DNA of 64,000 nt from Ignavibacteriota bacterium. GTDB taxonomy: Bacteria > Bacteroidota > Ignavibacteria > UBA10030. The notes below the pieces were generated by a model that was given only the letters and a program-made list of their open reading frames with translations, ran no database searches and was not told the DNA's origin. Below, piece by piece: positions 61,555-64,000 of this stretch. Position 1 is the stretch's first letter; the number at the start of each line of letters is the position of its first letter. The stretch is from contig OY969585.1 in NCBI GenBank assembly GCA_963701295.1, positions 3,360,001 through 3,424,000 on the forward strand, written 5' to 3'. A program made the translations under genes and the position numbers.

Positions 61555-62979
61555 TTAGAAATAACGTTGAGCAGTCTGAATAATTATCGAAGGAAATAAT
61601 CCAAGCAATAGCACAAGAAAAGCAAAAATCACTATCATCATCAACACTATTTTCGACGGGGGGATTTCAACATTGGCGCGCCCTTCGCGGAAAAACATAA
61701 GCACGACAAGTCGCAAATAGTAATATGCAGACACAAGACTTGTGAGCACACCGATAATCGCCAGCCAAACCATCTTGGCTTTAATTGCTGCAAAGAAAAT
61801 ATAATACTTTCCAAAGAATCCAGCAAACGGCGGAATTCCAGCTAATGCGAACATGAAAATCGCCATCAATGCGGCAAGCAATGGTTGTGATTGACTCAAA
61901 CCTGCATAATCATCCACCAAAAGGTTTTGATCTTCTTTATATTCGACAAGACTGATAATAGCAAACGCACCAAGATTCATCATTGCATAGGCGACAAGAT
62001 AAAACATCACACCCACTTGGCCCTCAAGTATCCCAGTAGCAATGCCGGCAAGCATATATCCGGCGTGCGCTATGCTTGAATATGCAAGCATACGCTTAAT
62101 ATTCCTTTGGGCAATTGCGACAATATTGCCAAGAATCATTGAAGCTGCAGCAAGGATGGTGAGAAGTTCGTTCATATTTCCGCCAATGAAATCAAATGTT
62201 CGGATAAAGATTGTAATGAACGCTGCAAATGCTGCCGCCTTAGCTCCTGTTGACATAAATGCTGTCACTGGTGTCGGTGCACCTTCGTATACATCCGGCG
62301 CCCACATGTGGAACGGTACTGCAGCTGCTTTAAACCCTAATCCTATCAATAAAAATCCGGCTCCAATCACAAACAGAATGTTTGTCGATACAACAGCAAA
62401 GACATTCCTGATCATCGTTAAATTTGTAGTTCCAACGGTACCGTAGATCAGTGCAATGCCATACAGGAGAAATCCCGTTGCAAACGCACCAAGCAAAAAG
62501 TATTTGAGTGCTGCTTCATTTGCACGTTCCTTTGTACGGATAAATCCCGCGAGCACGTATAAGCAAACGGACATAAGTTCAACACCAAGGAAGACGATGA
62601 TGAGATCATTCGCAGATGCGATCAACATCATACCGATAGTAGCAAAGAGCAAGAGAATATAGAATTCACCGCGATGATATTTCTGCCGTTCAAAATAATT
62701 TCTTGAAAGGATAACTGTGGAAAAAGAAACAAAACAAAAGAGTGCTCCAAAGAAATTTGCATATCCGCCATGAAGCATCATCCCGCCAAAGCTCGGTCCT
62801 TCAACCGTGAGATTCGTAAAAGCAAACACCGCTGCAAAAGCTAATCCAGTCAAACTTACATAGTAAGTAGCAACTGGTCGTGTTTTGCGCACTGCTTCAA
62901 CAAGCATCGCTACTAAGACTGTAATGGTGATAATCATCACCGGTGCATTTGCCGCCAGATCGTTCAGATAAGAATTCAT
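61555..62979 (-). CDS. nuoN: NADH-quinone oxidoreductase subunit N
   Basis: EAALKYF, PFHMWAPDVYEG, KRMLAYSSI and AGIPP. Confidence 0.95.
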   Translation of the reverse strand: MNSYLNDLAANAPVMIITITVLVAMLVEAVRKTRPVATYYVSLTGLAFAAVFAFTNLTVEGPSFGGMMLHGGYANFFGALFCFVSFSTVILSRNYFERQKYHRGEFYILLLFATIGMMLIASANDLIIVFLGVELMSVCLYVLAGFIRTKERANEAALKYFLLGAFATGFLLYGIALIYGTVGTTNLTMIRNVFAVVSTNILFVIGAGFLLIGLGFKAAAVPFHMWAPDVYEGAPTPVTAFMSTGAKAAAFAAFITIFIRTFDFIGGNMNELLTILAAASMILGNIVAIAQRNIKRMLAYSSIAHAGYMLAGIATGILEGQVGVMFYLVAYAMMNLGAFAIISLVEYKEDQNLLVDDYAGLSQSQPLLAALMAIFMFALAGIPPFAGFFGKYYIFFAAIKAKMVWLAIIGVLTSLVSAYYYLRLVVLMFFREGRANVEIPPSKIVLMMIVIFAFLVLLLGLFPSIIIQTAQRYF

Positions 62980-63010
62980 CGTTCTCTGTTTAATTCATAA
63001 AGAGTAACAC

Positions 63011-64000
63011 TTACATCCTGAAAAAGAAAAACCAAACGATTGCAAAAATCGGAATCAAAATCGGCAGCGAGTACCGTATGATATAGCCGAAGAAACTGGG
63101 ACATTCAACTCCCCATTGTTCAGCAATCGACTTCACCATAAAATTCGGTACATTACCGATGTATGTAACAGCACCAAAGAATACCGAGCCGAGCGAAATT
63201 GCCTGTACATATCGCCATGTTTGAGCTGTAATCTCCATTGCTCCCGGATGCAAAGGGTTAGGCGAGCCAATTGTTGCAGGGGTTGTTAAACCAAGCATCA
63301 AGTTCATATCATGAATATTGTTCACATTTGCTCCGTGCAAGCCAAATGCGGCAGTCAAAAAATTAAGATATGTCGGTGCGTTATCAAGCACGCTTGACAG
63401 TATTCCCGATCCCCAGAAATATTGTCCCGGTGTTACTAAGCCGATACTCGCAGCATTCAGTTCTAACCAATCCTGTACAGGAATCATCGTTACAAAAATA
63501 CCGGCAAAGAGAATCGTAACTTCTTTGATCGGAATGAAGTTAAATTCGTTTTTTTCATAAATCTCTTTCTTCGTGGTAATAAACGATGCGATAGCCGCAC
63601 TCCACATAATTGCTTCCCTCATCATCAAAGGAGCTGGAGATTTGAAAAACACAGCCGATAGAATAATCATAAGAAATACGATATTATGTAATCCTGATAT
63701 TTCCGCTTCATCAATTTCTGAGGCCACCTTTTGTACCAATGATGATTCTTTTCGGAAGTAATAAATGTCCAACAGGTAGAATACAAGGAGCACCATTCCT
63801 ACGGTGAGTAACCATATTTGAGAGACTCGCGGGATGAGCCAGAAGAACGGAATACCTTTTAGAAATCCTAGAAACAAAGGCGGGCCACTAATCGGCATTA
63901 ATGCACCACCGATATTACTGACGATAAAAATGAAGAACACGGTATGGTATCCCTTGATACGGTACTTATTCATCCGCAGGAAGGGACGAATCAACAGCAT
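63011..64000 (-). CDS. Putative sodium:proton antiporter (ion-transporter superfamily), 5' end outside window
   Basis: SNIGG, PPLFLG, LDNAPTY and TYIGN motifs. Confidence 0.8.
   Translation of the reverse strand: MLLIRPFLRMNKYRIKGYHTVFFIFIVSNIGGALMPISGPPLFLGFLKGIPFFWLIPRVSQIWLLTVGMVLLVFYLLDIYYFRKESSLVQKVASEIDEAEISGLHNIVFLMIILSAVFFKSPAPLMMREAIMWSAAIASFITTKKEIYEKNEFNFIPIKEVTILFAGIFVTMIPVQDWLELNAASIGLVTPGQYFWGSGILSSVLDNAPTYLNFLTAAFGLHGANVNNIHDMNLMLGLTTPATIGSPNPLHPGAMEITAQTWRYVQAISLGSVFFGAVTYIGNVPNFMVKSIAEQWGVECPSFFGYIIRYSLPILIPIFAIVWFFFFRM

Overview
Bacterial chromosomal window whose gene content points to the Ignavibacteria/Chlorobi-Bacteroidota lineage (T9SS C-terminal sorting domains, atp operon lacking atpDC, futalosine-pathway mqnA). 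This assignment is inferred, not database-checked. Positions 1-41 kb and 56-64 kb are mostly housekeeping: AAA+/VWA pair, dapD, rfbD, serS, ABC exporter pair, pyk, cobB, cysS, recN, ffh-rpsP-khpA-rimM-trmD-rplS, atp operon, rpsU, greA, ribBA, yajC, tgt, nnr, nuoN. An accessory region (~41.4-54.7 kb) ends at a decayed tyrosine integrase next to a Gly-Cys-Leu tRNA operon. It holds secreted proteins, a thrice-repeated hairpin boundary element, three genes followed by attC-like half-sites and an iteron-like repeat tract. The most unusual signals are two possible miniature mobile systems, each seen both with and without cargo. (1) A small GIY-YIG nuclease gene lies between two copies of the tRNA-Cys 5' half; the upstream copy is broken by a short palindrome, and the same scar without cargo precedes tRNA-Gly. 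(2) A four-helix-bundle gene is enclosed by inverted heptamer arrays, and a cargo-free heptamer hairpin sits in the tRNA operon. trmD carries a single-base frameshift.
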